Assembly: GCA_964655755.1 (NCBI GenBank)
Contig: CAZZNJ010000002.1
Span: 1-53,371, forward strand
DNA: 53,371 nt
Direction of reading: 5' to 3'
Source of the DNA: an uncultured Pseudomonadales bacterium
GTDB taxonomy: Bacteria > Patescibacteriota > Microgenomatia > UBA1400 > UBA12108
Part shown: positions 27,516 through 37,242 of the stretch, in pieces
Layout of the letters: each line of letters starts with the position of its first letter
Numbering within the stretch: position 1 is the stretch's first letter
Program-made: the position numbers and the translations under genes
The notes under the pieces: model-generated
The model's input: the letters and a program-made list of their open reading frames with translations, nothing else
Database searches by the model: none
What the model was told of the DNA's origin: nothing

Positions 27516-28005
27516 CTTCAACTGCTTCGATATACGACCGCTCCACTCGCTCGGCGCTACGTGTCGCATTCGTCTCTCCCACTAACAACACTGCCGTGGT
27601 ATAGGGCTCGATTGGTTTTGACAAAATATTTTCTTGTTTTATTCCGTCAATATACCCGTCCAGGTTTTTGTCATCTGGCAGCTCGATTTTGCTGTTACGT
27701 AGCAGGTCACCCCAGACTGCCCCGGGTCGGTGGACGTGCACCACCTCTCCAACCCCGTCGTGTAAATGAGCTTTTTCTAGCTGTTCTTGCTCGGGAGATT
27801 TTTTTTGGTCATGCTCACTGCAGGGAGTGTAGTTCATGTATTGATAACCCGAATAATCCTGCAAAGTGTCATCAATATAAATCCGAAATCCTGCGTGGTA
27901 GTGGAGATGTGGCTCAGCCTTAGACGCTAGGCTCTGCCACCACAATCCCGCCGCCACGCTGATCGTTGCTGCCACCGCGAGGCTTAGTTTCCATGGCAAC
28001 TTCAT
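27490..28005 (-). CDS. Secreted/membrane-anchored His-rich hypothetical protein (candidate metal-binding protein)
   Basis: N-terminal signal/TM sequence. HLHYHAGF and AHLHDGVGEVVHVHRPG motifs. Divergent from the COG0523 gene. TATAAT (reverse complement, 28012-28017) lies 6 nt before its ATG. Confidence 0.75.
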   Translation of the reverse strand: MKLPWKLSLAVAATISVAAGLWWQSLASKAEPHLHYHAGFRIYIDDTLQDYSGYQYMNYTPCSEHDQKKSPEQEQLEKAHLHDGVGEVVHVHRPGAVWGDLLRNSKIELPDDKNLDGYIDGIKQENILSKPIEPYTTAVLLVGETNATRSAERVERSYIEAVEAKSELCGE

Positions 28006-28035
28006 TGGGTCATTATATCAGTCCCCTCTTGTCGG

Positions 28036-28065
28036 TTGACAAATGCGAACAATTCGCAGTAGGAT
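28036..28065 (+). promoter_or_regulatory. Promoter with a palindromic Fur-family (Zur) box, site 1
   Basis: TTGACA (28036-28041), TGCGAAcaaTTCGCA (28044-28058), TAGGAT (28060-28065), then the ATG at 28073. Confidence 0.6.
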
Positions 28066-28072
28066 CATTGCT

Positions 28073-28969
28073 ATGGCGATTGTTCCGGTAATTCTTATAA
28101 CTGGTTTCTTAGGCTCCGGCAAAACTACCTTGATCAACCAGATCCTAAATAGTCATCCTGACAAAAAAATCTCGCTCATCTTAAACGAGTTTGGGGACAT
28201 CAAACTAGAGTCCAAGTTTGTCGAGGTCAAAGGGATCGGTATGGTTAGTGAGTTGTCGGGAGGCTGCCTCTGCTGTGTGGCCAACGTCGATCTGCCTCGC
28301 GTCATCCGCTATACGCTCGACCAAGCTCCCGCCACCCAGTACTTGATTATTGAGGCCTCGGGTTTGTCCGATCCCGACCCCGTCCGTGCAACTCTCACCG
28401 CTCCCTCCCTGAGCTCGCAGATCCGCCTCGATACCGTTGTCGCGGTCGTGGATGGAGAAAACTTTCTCCGACTCGCTCCAGCGCACCCCCTAATCCTCTC
28501 GCAGATTGCCGACGCAGATTACGCCCTGCTCTCTAAGACCGCCGCCCTCTCAGACGCCGCGATTGATCACCTGATCCAACGGGTGTCACAGATCGGTCTC
28601 GGCACCAAGACTATTGTCTGGGACAACCAGTTTGACACTTCCATTGTTTTTGATCCTCCGCTCCAACCACCCCCCAAACCTGCTCCTCACCATCACTCCC
28701 ATACCGCGTATTCCCAGTACTTCTATCAAAGCAACGCGCCGCATGACATCCACAAGTTATCCCTGATCCTCCGCGACATCCCCGACAATGTTTTGCGGAT
28801 TAAAGGTTATACAGGGGACTACCTCCTCCAAAAAGTCGGGCACCACGTTGATATTCGTCAAACTCAGCAGGCCCCCCAGACTCCCTCAACTGCCATTCTG
28901 TTTATTGGCACCAACATTAGCACCCTCAACTTTGATCACTTACTTGCAAATGCGAAGAGTTCGCAGTAA
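28073..28969 (+). CDS. COG0523 family GTPase metallochaperone (CobW/YjiA/ZigA-like)
   Basis: P-loop GFLGSGKTT, GCLCC motif and a His-rich stretch PAPHHHSHT. The ATG at 28073 is preferred because the upstream ATG (28043) lies inside the promoter/operator. Confidence 0.85.
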   Translation: MAIVPVILITGFLGSGKTTLINQILNSHPDKKISLILNEFGDIKLESKFVEVKGIGMVSELSGGCLCCVANVDLPRVIRYTLDQAPATQYLIIEASGLSDPDPVRATLTAPSLSSQIRLDTVVAVVDGENFLRLAPAHPLILSQIADADYALLSKTAALSDAAIDHLIQRVSQIGLGTKTIVWDNQFDTSIVFDPPLQPPPKPAPHHHSHTAYSQYFYQSNAPHDIHKLSLILRDIPDNVLRIKGYTGDYLLQKVGHHVDIRQTQQAPQTPSTAILFIGTNISTLNFDHLLANAKSSQ

Positions 28970-28994
28970 AATCCTCATATGCAAACAATTCGCA
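28944..28994 (+). promoter_or_regulatory. Promoter with Zur box site 2, plus a degenerate third box over the zur start codon
   Basis: TTGCAA (28944-28949), TGCGAAgagTTCGCA (28951-28965), TAAAAT (28967-28972), ATG at 28979, TGCAAAcaaTTCGCA (28980-28994). Confidence 0.6.
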
Positions 28995-29404
28995 TCAACG
29001 AAATCCTAGCCAATGCGGGGATCGAGGTTACGGCTGCCCGTCAAAAAATCCTAGAGATTTGTTTCAATGCCCGCTCGCCACTCTCTGTTGCCGACGTTGC
29101 GGCCAAGGTCGGCCACCACGCGCACTTAGCCACGATCTATCGCACACTAGAACGTTATGCCACCGCCCGGATCTTGACGCGAGTTGACTTTCAGGAAGGC
29201 AAGTTTCGTTATGAGTACGTGGCTGATCATCATCACCACGCCGTCTGCGAGGGGTGTGGCAAAATCGCCGAAGTCCAAGACAAAAAACTAGAAAAAGTCA
29301 TGGACAACCTTGACGTGGGCCGTGGATTTAGCATTACTCGCCACGCCCTCGAATTATTTGGATTCTGCTCAAACTGTCAGAAGAAAGGTCACTATGTCAC
29401 CTGA
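28979..29404 (+). CDS. zur: Fur family transcriptional regulator (zinc uptake regulator by context)
   Basis: 141 aa. HHHHAVCEGCGK and CSNCQKK (two CxxC motifs). Winged-helix N-terminus. Confidence 0.8.
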   Translation: MQTIRINEILANAGIEVTAARQKILEICFNARSPLSVADVAAKVGHHAHLATIYRTLERYATARILTRVDFQEGKFRYEYVADHHHHAVCEGCGKIAEVQDKKLEKVMDNLDVGRGFSITRHALELFGFCSNCQKKGHYVT

Positions 29405-30137
29405 ATTAATCTCAATCCTCACCGCCACCCTCATCATTAGCTCGGGCTCACTCATTGGTATCCTCACCATTGGCCTGCGTCCAGCACTACTAAATCGCCT
29501 GATTCTCCCGCTCGTTTCGCTCTCCGCCGGGACCATGTTGGGGGCCGCCTTCCTCCACCTGCTACCCGAGAGCCTCGAAGTCTTGGGGGATCATACCCCG
29601 TTCCAAATTGCGCTGTACTCCTTTATTGCTTTCTTTGCGCTGGAGCGCTTCCTCCATTGGCGTCACTGTCATGACAAAGAGCACTTAACCAAACATACGC
29701 TCGGCGTCATGAACTTGATCGGCGACGGCATTCACAACTTTTTGGATGGTCTCTTGATCGCGGCCGCTTTTGCTAGTGGCGAAACTCTCGGTATTGTGGC
29801 CGCCCTCAGCATTGCCCTCCACGAAATCCCACAAGAAATCGGAGATTACGGCGTCCTGCTCCACTCCGGTTTTGGGCGGACCAAAGCCATTATCTCCAAC
29901 CTTGGGGTGTCACTCATGGCCGTGCTGGGTGGACTCTTTGGTTACTACCTCTCCCACTCCACCGAGTTTGTTAGCGCCAACCTGCTCCCCGTTACTGCCG
30001 GCGCCTTTATTTATATCGGCGCCTCTGACCTCATCCCCGAGCTCAAAGCAACCAATACCAAACGCAAAATCTTGCTGACCTTTGGGGCATTTATCCTCGG
30101 GATCGTCTTAATGATGCTGACGGGGGAGGCCCACTAA
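29394..30137 (+). CDS. ZIP family zinc transporter
   Basis: HEIPQEIGDYGVLL signature and multiple TM segments. The ATG at 29394 overlaps the zur end by 11 nt. Confidence 0.85.
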   Translation: MSPELISILTATLIISSGSLIGILTIGLRPALLNRLILPLVSLSAGTMLGAAFLHLLPESLEVLGDHTPFQIALYSFIAFFALERFLHWRHCHDKEHLTKHTLGVMNLIGDGIHNFLDGLLIAAAFASGETLGIVAALSIALHEIPQEIGDYGVLLHSGFGRTKAIISNLGVSLMAVLGGLFGYYLSHSTEFVSANLLPVTAGAFIYIGASDLIPELKATNTKRKILLTFGAFILGIVLMMLTGEAH

Positions 30138-30138
30138 T

Positions 30139-31161
30139 TTAGCCCCGCTGGTTCCCGTAGTAATAACTGGCGATCAAAGTCGTGAGTGGCACTGCCGACA
30201 CTAAGCCGATCGAAGCCACTAACGTCCGGACGATCTCCTCCGCGAGCGCCTCATAATTTAGGAGTTCAACATACCCAATTTGACTCACAATAAATAGGAG
30301 GAGTAGGGGGAGGGCACTCCCGGCATAAACCAGGACTAATGTGTTGACTAGCGAGGCAATATGGTCATGGCCGACCCTCATCGCCGAGACAAATAGATCG
30401 CTCATCCTCAGGCGGTGGTTTGCTTTCTTTAGTTCCTCAACAATTGACGCTTGCGAAATCGTAATGTCATCGAGTACACCGAGCGAGCCAATAATCATCC
30501 CCGCGAGCATCAGTTTGTAAAAACTTTCGCGGGGGAGCGTGTCCAACAAAAATCCGGCTTCTTCGCTCCCCAAACCAGTCAACCCGGTCAGGCTGCCATA
30601 AACCACCGCCAGCATCCCCGTTACCCCCAACGCTCCCAAGGTGCCCGTGATAGCTATCACTGATTTGGAGTTAACGCCGTGTGAGAGAAAATAAGACACC
30701 ATTAATATCACCACGCTCGCCAGTAACGCCACCACCACCGGGTTACTCCCCGAGATTATTTGTGGCAAAACAAACTTAAAGATCACGATAAACGAAAAAA
30801 CTAGGCCCAGCAGCGACCTTACCCCATGCATGCCCGAGACCAACAAAACTACCACTACAAAGACGGCTGTTAACGATACCAAACTCGGCAATCGATACTT
30901 CTCTCCGATTATTTTTACCCCACCCTCATCACGATAACTCACCGCGTCCCCCACCTTGATTTTATTGGCACCTTCGTAAGCTAGGGCCTCAACCACTCCC
31001 TCGTTAGTGGTGAGGATCACTACCTGGTGTGGGAGCGGTTCAGTCATTGCCGGTGAGAGCATACTCACTTTGCCCACGTTATCTGGTACCGGGATCAATC
31101 GACTACTCCAAAATATCATTGGGGTAAGCAGGATGGCCACAATTGTTGTTAGGTATTTCAT
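30139..31161 (-). CDS. YibE/F-like polytopic membrane protein
   Basis: 340 aa. N-terminal TM segment, a small extracytoplasmic beta region, then ~7 TM segments. Family name is from memory. Confidence 0.7.
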   Translation of the reverse strand: MKYLTTIVAILLTPMIFWSSRLIPVPDNVGKVSMLSPAMTEPLPHQVVILTTNEGVVEALAYEGANKIKVGDAVSYRDEGGVKIIGEKYRLPSLVSLTAVFVVVVLLVSGMHGVRSLLGLVFSFIVIFKFVLPQIISGSNPVVVALLASVVILMVSYFLSHGVNSKSVIAITGTLGALGVTGMLAVVYGSLTGLTGLGSEEAGFLLDTLPRESFYKLMLAGMIIGSLGVLDDITISQASIVEELKKANHRLRMSDLFVSAMRVGHDHIASLVNTLVLVYAGSALPLLLLFIVSQIGYVELLNYEALAEEIVRTLVASIGLVSAVPLTTLIASYYYGNQRG

Positions 31162-31260
31162 ATGGTCTAGCCATTATTGTACCAGTCATTAGACATCCGC
31201 CCTCCCTCGCCCATTCCCGCCCCGGCGTACTCTCCAGGCGTAGAATGCTATAATAGCCGC

Positions 31261-31947
31261 ATGAAACTACGTCTCCACAAACTCATGGCCAACAGCGGTG
31301 TTGCTTCTCGGCGCAAAAGTGAAGCGCTGATTAGCGAGGGCCTGGTTATGGTTAATGGGCGTCGCGCCACCATCGGCCAAATCGTTGACAGCGATACTGA
31401 CCAGATCACGGTGCGTGGCCAAAAGCTCACTGTGCCAAAAACTCATGTTTACTATTTGGTTAACAAACCAAGGTCAGTCGTCTCAACCACCAGCGACCCC
31501 GAGGGTAGGCGTACTGTGACTAGTTTGGTCAAATCACCTCGCCGCCTCTACCCCGTCGGGCGTCTCGACTACGATTCCGAAGGGCTCATGCTCCTGACCG
31601 ACGACGGCGACCTCGCAGAGCGCCTAACTCACCCAAAATACGAAGTCAAAAAAACCTACCGGGTTTTGGTCAAGGGGGTCATGCCCGATAAGGCTGTAGC
31701 TTATCTCGAAAAAGGGGTCACCATCGACGGCAAACTGACCGCTCCCGCCACAGTTACAATCGTCGAAAAACAGCCCCACAATACCTGGATCGACATTACG
31801 ATTCACGAGGGCAAAAACCGCCAGATCCGCAAAATGTGCGAAGCTGTCGGCTACCCAGTCCTGCGGCTGATCCGGACCCAGTTAGGGGACTGGGAGCTGG
31901 GTGACCTCAAGCCCGCCCAATTTAAGCAGATTCAGATTGACTCTTAG
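31261..31947 (+). CDS. rluB: Pseudouridine synthase, RsuA/RluB family
   Basis: S4 domain LHKLMANSGVASRRKSEALI and catalytic GRLDYDSEGLMLLT. TATAAT (31249-31254) lies 6 nt before the ATG. Confidence 0.9.
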   Translation: MKLRLHKLMANSGVASRRKSEALISEGLVMVNGRRATIGQIVDSDTDQITVRGQKLTVPKTHVYYLVNKPRSVVSTTSDPEGRRTVTSLVKSPRRLYPVGRLDYDSEGLMLLTDDGDLAERLTHPKYEVKKTYRVLVKGVMPDKAVAYLEKGVTIDGKLTAPATVTIVEKQPHNTWIDITIHEGKNRQIRKMCEAVGYPVLRLIRTQLGDWELGDLKPAQFKQIQIDS

Positions 31948-31973
31948 CACTCTTTAGGTTACACTGCTAGATT

Positions 31974-34349
31974 ATGAACGATACGATATATCGTAATGAC
32001 TCCCACCCGCTCTCGCCCGTCCCTCTCCATCAGGTCCCGATTGTGCCAGTGCGCGATGTTGTTATTTTCCCGACCAACGAGCTCGTCCTCACTTTTGGCC
32101 GCAAAGAATCAATCCGGGCGATCAACCAAGCCCTCGGGAACAACCCCAAACATATTGCAATTTTTACCCAAAAAAATAGTGAGCTCAAAAACCCGACCGT
32201 GAGCGACCTCTACAGTGTCGGGACATTAGCGAGTGTTGAGCGTACCCTCAAAAATGACGACGAGCTCAACGTCTTGGTTAAGGGTCTTAAGCGGATCAAA
32301 CTCCAGAGTGTCGAGACTGTCGAGTCCGTTCAGCTCGCAACTGTCGCCGAGCTGGGCGAGGCAATCGCCTTTGACGAAGAGCTCGAAGCCATTGCTCGCC
32401 GGGTCAGCGCCCTGTTCAAGGATGCAGTCGGTTTTGGCAAAAGCGTCGAATTTATGAACTTTATGCGTTTAATGGGTGGGGTCTCAGCCAGTGAGCTCGC
32501 CGACCAAATCGCCGCGGTCCTCAACATTAGTACCAGCACCCGCCAACAACTCCTCGAAACCCTAGATCTCAAAGCCCGTCTTTATGCGATCAACGACCTC
32601 CTGGCTAAGGAGATCAAGGTCCTAGAAATCGAAAAAAGCATCGCCAGCAAAACCCAGGCCAAGTTTAGCAAACACATGAAAGAGACCGTGTTGCGGGAGC
32701 GCCTCGCCACGATCAAAGCCGAGCTGGGCGAGGACAACGACCCCGAAGAAGCCGAGCTCGACGAGCTCGAGGACGCCATCGATCAGCTGCCCCTCCCCAA
32801 AAAATCAAAAGAAAAAGTCCAAAAAGAGTTTGCTCGGCTCGCCCGCATGTCGACCCACAACCCGGAAGCCAGCTACCTCCGCACCTACCTCGAAAACGTT
32901 CTCGAGATTCCCTGGGGTGTCGTGACCCCAGACCACGTCTCCTTAAGCACTGCCGAAAAGACCCTCAACGCCGACCACTACGGCCTCACCGAAGTAAAGG
33001 AACGGATCCTCGAGTACTTGGCTGTCATGAAACTCAAAAAAAACCCAGCCCAACCCAAAGCTGGGGTGGCGCTCCCGACTATCCTCTGTTTTGTCGGTCC
33101 CCCTGGGGTAGGCAAAACTAGTCTTGGCAAATCAATTGCCCGCGCCCTCAAGCGCCGCTTCGTCAAGGTGAGTCTCGGTGGGATCCGCGACGAAGCCGAG
33201 ATTAGGGGTCATCGCAAGACCTATGTCGGGGCCATGCCTGGGCGCATTGTCGAAGGGATCAAAACCGCCAAATCGATGAATCCGGTATTTATGCTCGATG
33301 AGATCGACAAGCTCGGCAACGATTTTCGCGGCGACCCGAGCGCAGCCCTCCTCGAAGCACTCGACCCCGAGCAAAATAGCGAGTTTAGCGATCACTATCT
33401 CGAGCTCCCGCTCGACCTCTCCCGCGTGATGTTTATTGCGACCGCCAACGTCCTCGATACTATTCCCACTGCCCTGCGCGACCGCCTCGAAGTCATCCGC
33501 TTTAGTAGCTATACATCGGTCGAAAAGTTTCACATTGCCAAAAACTACCTCATCGGCAAGGTGGCCGAAAAGAACGGGCTCAAAAAAACTCAGCTCAAGC
33601 TCAGTACCCAGGTGGTCCAGCGCCTAATCAAAAACTACACCCGCGAAGCCGGCGTCCGAAGTCTAGAACGGGAGCTCGCCCGCCTCGCCCGCAAGGTCGC
33701 GCGGAGTCTCGCCAGCAACAAAAAAGTCCCCCCCCTGACCCCGCCCAATTTGTCTAAGCTCCTCGGCCCTGCCAAGTACACTGACAACCTGGCTGAAAAA
33801 AAGAACACTACCGGTACTGCCACCGGCCTGGCTTGGACTAGTGTCGGCGGTGAGATCCTCTTTATCGAGGTCTCGCTCATGCCTGGTAGTGGCAAGATCC
33901 AGATCACCGGCCAGCTAGGGGACGTCATGAAAGAAAGCGCCAGCGCTGCCTATAGCTATGTCCGTACCCACTACCAAGATTTTGGTCTAAAAAGTGACTT
34001 CTACAAATCCCAAGATATCCATATTCACGTCCCCGAAGGGGCCGTCCCCAAAGACGGGCCGTCTGCGGGTATCACCATGGCAACTGCCCTAGTCTCAGCC
34101 CTAACCGGCAAAAAAGTCAAAAAATCGGTCGCCATGACTGGCGAGATCACCCTGCGCGGCCGGGTACTCGAGATCGGTGGCCTCAAAGAAAAAGTGATCG
34201 CGGCCCACGCCTCTGGGATCAAAACCATTATTCATCCCGCCGGCAACACCAAGGATCTGGAGAAAATCCCAGACGAAGTCAGACGCGACCTAACCTTTTA
34301 TCCTGTCAAATCGATTGACGAAGTTCTCTCCCTCGCCCTTGTTTCCTAA
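31974..34349 (+). CDS. lon: ATP-dependent Lon protease
   Basis: LON N-domain, Walker [10 protein letters not shown], catalytic [11 protein letters not shown] and the Lys in GGLKEK. Confidence 0.95.
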   Translation: MNDTIYRNDSHPLSPVPLHQVPIVPVRDVVIFPTNELVLTFGRKESIRAINQALGNNPKHIAIFTQKNSELKNPTVSDLYSVGTLASVERTLKNDDELNVLVKGLKRIKLQSVETVESVQLATVAELGEAIAFDEELEAIARRVSALFKDAVGFGKSVEFMNFMRLMGGVSASELADQIAAVLNISTSTRQQLLETLDLKARLYAINDLLAKEIKVLEIEKSIASKTQAKFSKHMKETVLRERLATIKAELGEDNDPEEAELDELEDAIDQLPLPKKSKEKVQKEFARLARMSTHNPEASYLRTYLENVLEIPWGVVTPDHVSLSTAEKTLNADHYGLTEVKERILEYLAVMKLKKNPAQPKAGVALPTILCFVGPPGVGKTSLGKSIARALKRRFVKVSLGGIRDEAEIRGHRKTYVGAMPGRIVEGIKTAKSMNPVFMLDEIDKLGNDFRGDPSAALLEALDPEQNSEFSDHYLELPLDLSRVMFIATANVLDTIPTALRDRLEVIRFSSYTSVEKFHIAKNYLIGKVAEKNGLKKTQLKLSTQVVQRLIKNYTREAGVRSLERELARLARKVARSLASNKKVPPLTPPNLSKLLGPAKYTDNLAEKKNTTGTATGLAWTSVGGEILFIEVSLMPGSGKIQITGQLGDVMKESASAAYSYVRTHYQDFGLKSDFYKSQDIHIHVPEGAVPKDGPSAGITMATALVSALTGKKVKKSVAMTGEITLRGRVLEIGGLKEKVIAAHASGIKTIIHPAGNTKDLEKIPDEVRRDLTFYPVKSIDEVLSLALVS

Positions 34350-34397
34350 AACCTGCTACACTAGTTCTATTAACATCATTTTTGGTAGGAGTTGAGT

Positions 34398-34844
34398 ATG
34401 GTCAAAATAGTATTAAATGAGCGTGAGCTACAAGCCAAACAAGGTATCATGATCGTTTTGTCCTACTTTGTGTTGTTTGCCTGCAACTTCCTGGTGCTCT
34501 CCCTCGCCAACCTCCTCTTCCCAACCAATGTTGTCCTCGGTACTTTTGCCCTGACTCCGTTCTGGGCCCTCATGTTGTCAGCTAACAAGCTAAGCCTGAT
34601 CGGCTTATTGGTCATGTTGCTCGTGCCCTACCGCGAATGGAAAGCCAAAAAAGCGTTTGCGCCCATGGATTGGATGAAACTCTATTTTGTGGTTAACGCC
34701 CTCGGCCTCTATCTCGTCACCCGCTTTGCCGAGATCTACGGCCTCGGTGTCAGTAGCTGGGTGGTGATCGTCGGGCTGGCGGCAGTTATGGATCTGGTCC
34801 AAGGTGCGGCCATGATGCAGCTCGGCAAAGTTAAACTAAAGTAA
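34398..34844 (+). CDS. Hypothetical membrane protein
   Basis: ~148 aa with 4 hydrophobic segments. AGGAG lies 6 nt before the ATG at 34398. Confidence 0.65.
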   Translation: MVKIVLNERELQAKQGIMIVLSYFVLFACNFLVLSLANLLFPTNVVLGTFALTPFWALMLSANKLSLIGLLVMLLVPYREWKAKKAFAPMDWMKLYFVVNALGLYLVTRFAEIYGLGVSSWVVIVGLAAVMDLVQGAAMMQLGKVKLK

Positions 34845-34854
34845 CCAAGTCACC

Positions 34855-35808
34855 ATGTCTAGCGCCATCCTCCTCACCCAATCGTCAATTTTTCTGGGAG
34901 CTGCCCTCGCTCTGTGGTGGGGGACTGGTCTCGTGGTGAGTGCGGTCTCCTCCCTCTCCCGCTCCCTCAACATCTCGACTTTTACGATCTCCTTCTTTAT
35001 CCTCGGCCTTGTCACCTCTTTGCCAGAGCTCTCGATCGGAGTCACGGCGCTCTCCCGCGGTGAGGCACCGATCGCCATCGGCAACCTGATCGGGGCCACC
35101 CTAGTTTTATTTTTGTTAGTGATCCCCCTCCTTGGGATCCTGGGTCACACGGTCAGGCTCCCAAAAGTTCTCCACCGGCGTCAGCTCCTCCTAGCGCTCA
35201 TCACCATCCTTTCGCCCGCTCTCCTGATCGCTGATCGCTCCCTCCACTTGTGGGAGGGGGTGCTCCTAATCGCCCTCTACTTTGCCTTGTTTGTTACCCT
35301 CTCCCGCAAAGAGAGTCTCTACGAAAAAATTGTTGAGCGCTTTACGGTCAAGCCGATGCCCACGCAGCACCGGGCCCTCAAAATCGCTGTAGGACTAGCC
35401 TGTATCCTCGTCGCGTCTGGGTTTATGGTCAATGCAGCTGAGTACTTTGCGGCTACTTTTAACTGGTCCCCATTTGTGGTGGGCTTAATCCTCGTTGCTC
35501 TCGGGACCAATATCCCTGAGCTCTCCCTTGTTTTGCGCTCCGCCGTCAGTGGCCGGTCCGACATCGCTTTGGCCGATTACATCGGCTCCGCCGCGGCCAA
35601 CACCCTCCTCATCGGGATCTTTGCGGTGGCCGAGCAGGGGAGTCTCAAACTCCCCAACCACGCGCTCACCCGGATTATCATCCTGGTTACTTCGCTTGTG
35701 CTGTTTTATATTTTTATTCGCTCAGAGAAACAGCTCACTCGCCGCGAAGCTTTTGTTCTGCTCCTCCTCTACGTTATTTTTGTCATAATCGAGATTAACC
35801 AAGCCTAA
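34855..35808 (+). CDS. Ca2+/Na+ antiporter (CaCA family, YrbG-like)
   Basis: Two alpha-repeats, GLVTSLPELSIGV and ALGTNIPELSLVL. Confidence 0.85.
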   Translation: MSSAILLTQSSIFLGAALALWWGTGLVVSAVSSLSRSLNISTFTISFFILGLVTSLPELSIGVTALSRGEAPIAIGNLIGATLVLFLLVIPLLGILGHTVRLPKVLHRRQLLLALITILSPALLIADRSLHLWEGVLLIALYFALFVTLSRKESLYEKIVERFTVKPMPTQHRALKIAVGLACILVASGFMVNAAEYFAATFNWSPFVVGLILVALGTNIPELSLVLRSAVSGRSDIALADYIGSAAANTLLIGIFAVAEQGSLKLPNHALTRIIILVTSLVLFYIFIRSEKQLTRREAFVLLLLYVIFVIIEINQA

Positions 35809-35810
35809 CT

Positions 35811-36104
35811 ATGGTCAAATACAAAGCCTACTTTAAACAAATGTGTGAAGAGAACCAATCGGTCTTTGCCGACTTTCTCGTGATCCACAACCTCTACCAA
35901 GACAACAAAAAAGCCAACCAAGTAGTCTTTAACGAAAAAGGGGCCGTTGTCCGCCGTATTATTGAGGACTGGGATAGGAGGCTCTGCCAAACGATGGAAA
36001 AAGGGAACAACGCCACCTACTCCGCCCGCCTCTCCGAAAAATTTTGGAGCGAGGTTAGGACCATCTTTCCTCTAATCGATTTTGTCGGCGCCACCATCCG
36101 CTAA
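35811..36104 (+). CDS. Hypothetical protein
   Basis: 97-aa ORF, 2 nt after the previous stop. Confidence 0.6.
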   Translation: MVKYKAYFKQMCEENQSVFADFLVIHNLYQDNKKANQVVFNEKGAVVRRIIEDWDRRLCQTMEKGNNATYSARLSEKFWSEVRTIFPLIDFVGATIR

Positions 36105-36167
36105 GCCGCCCAACTTGCCTCATTTGCTAAAATATAAGTGTAATTTAGTTTAGTAAAGGAGGCATAT

Positions 36168-36518
36168 ATGCTACACCGCTATGTACTCACTCTTACTGAT
36201 GCGATCCTAAGTTTTGTCGAGCTCTTGCTCACGCTCCGGATCATTCTTAAGTTACTAGGCGCCCGGACCGCGGCCCCGTTTGTGACCTGGGTTTACGAAA
36301 CCACCAAACCTCTCCTGTCTCCCTTTGAGGGGATGTTCCCGAGCAGCACCTTAGCCGGGGGGTTTGTGATCGAGGTCTCGGCGCTCTTTGCCCTGTTAGT
36401 TTATGCTTTTCTGGGCTTTCTGCTGCAATCTATCATTGTCCGCCTCACGACCCCCACCACACTCTCGGCAGACGCTGACCAAGATGAGGTCATCATGACC
36501 CGCAAAAAACGCCGCTAA
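36168..36518 (+). CDS. YggT family membrane protein
   Basis: LLLTLRIILKLLGA...PFVTWVYETTKPLLSPF. Strong SD AAGGAGG. Confidence 0.7.
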   Translation: MLHRYVLTLTDAILSFVELLLTLRIILKLLGARTAAPFVTWVYETTKPLLSPFEGMFPSSTLAGGFVIEVSALFALLVYAFLGFLLQSIIVRLTTPTTLSADADQDEVIMTRKKRR

Positions 36519-36542
36519 AATCGCAATGATTCAGTCAGGATT

Positions 36543-37076
36543 CTACGCAAGCAAGTTTTTAATATCTGGCTGATGCTTTTCCCATGCCTGCCAGACGGCT
36601 TGCGCCCACGCATACACCAGCGCCTCGTGTTCTGGGAGTGATTTTGCCCGCCACACCTCTGCGATCGTAATTCCACCCAGATTTTCGGGCGGTTCGTACC
36701 AAACAAACTTGTTTTTATTTTTTATAACCACTTCGCCAATTTTTTTGGTAATAAGCTGCGGGGGCTCATTCGTCTCCAGTGCCAAAAATATTCCGAGCAG
36801 GTGTGCCTGCACTGACTGCGCAGATTTACTATCCGGCTCTCGCGTAGGGTGCTGTGCCGCATAACAATCAACTGTTAAGCGGTGGATTGCTGGATACCGC
36901 CACTCCCCATACTCCCGTCCGAGAACCTCAGTATATAACTTCCAACATCCCGGGGACTGTGGGATATACGTGTGGTCAGAGGTTGGTCCCTCGATGTCCG
37001 GCACAACAGCGCCGCAGATATAACAATGGGTTTGTTTCATGACCATAAGTTTACCACCCACCCAGCCTATGGGCAT
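36543..37076 (-). CDS. Conserved hypothetical protein (Cys/His N-terminal motif)
   Basis: 177-aa ORF. HCYICG...SPGCW. The start may be an internal ATG at 37046 or 37040. Confidence 0.65.
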   Translation of the reverse strand: MPIGWVGGKLMVMKQTHCYICGAVVPDIEGPTSDHTYIPQSPGCWKLYTEVLGREYGEWRYPAIHRLTVDCYAAQHPTREPDSKSAQSVQAHLLGIFLALETNEPPQLITKKIGEVVIKNKNKFVWYEPPENLGGITIAEVWRAKSLPEHEALVYAWAQAVWQAWEKHQPDIKNLLA

Positions 37077-37242
37077 TACCTATGATTAGCGGCTCAATCT
37101 TATCTGTTACACCTCGCCCTCAGTGTCGAGCGCTGGTTAAAAATCAGGTAAGTCGTGTGTCACCTCAAGCGGAATACCGGGGATAATTTTGATTTCATAC
37201 CTCGTTGTTGCGTGTGACCCCATCCGGATTTCCCACTACGCT

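Noticed and set aside
28043-28072. Longer start (ATG 28043) for the COG0523 GTPase, and similarly long ORF-track starts at 7819, 10176, 11336, 15221, 29310 and 31177.
   Set aside because: The extensions lie inside promoters/operators or overlap upstream genes, and they add non-conserved residues before the recognisable N-termini (e.g. the P-loop region). Internal ATGs with a -10 box or SD at the proper distance were chosen instead.
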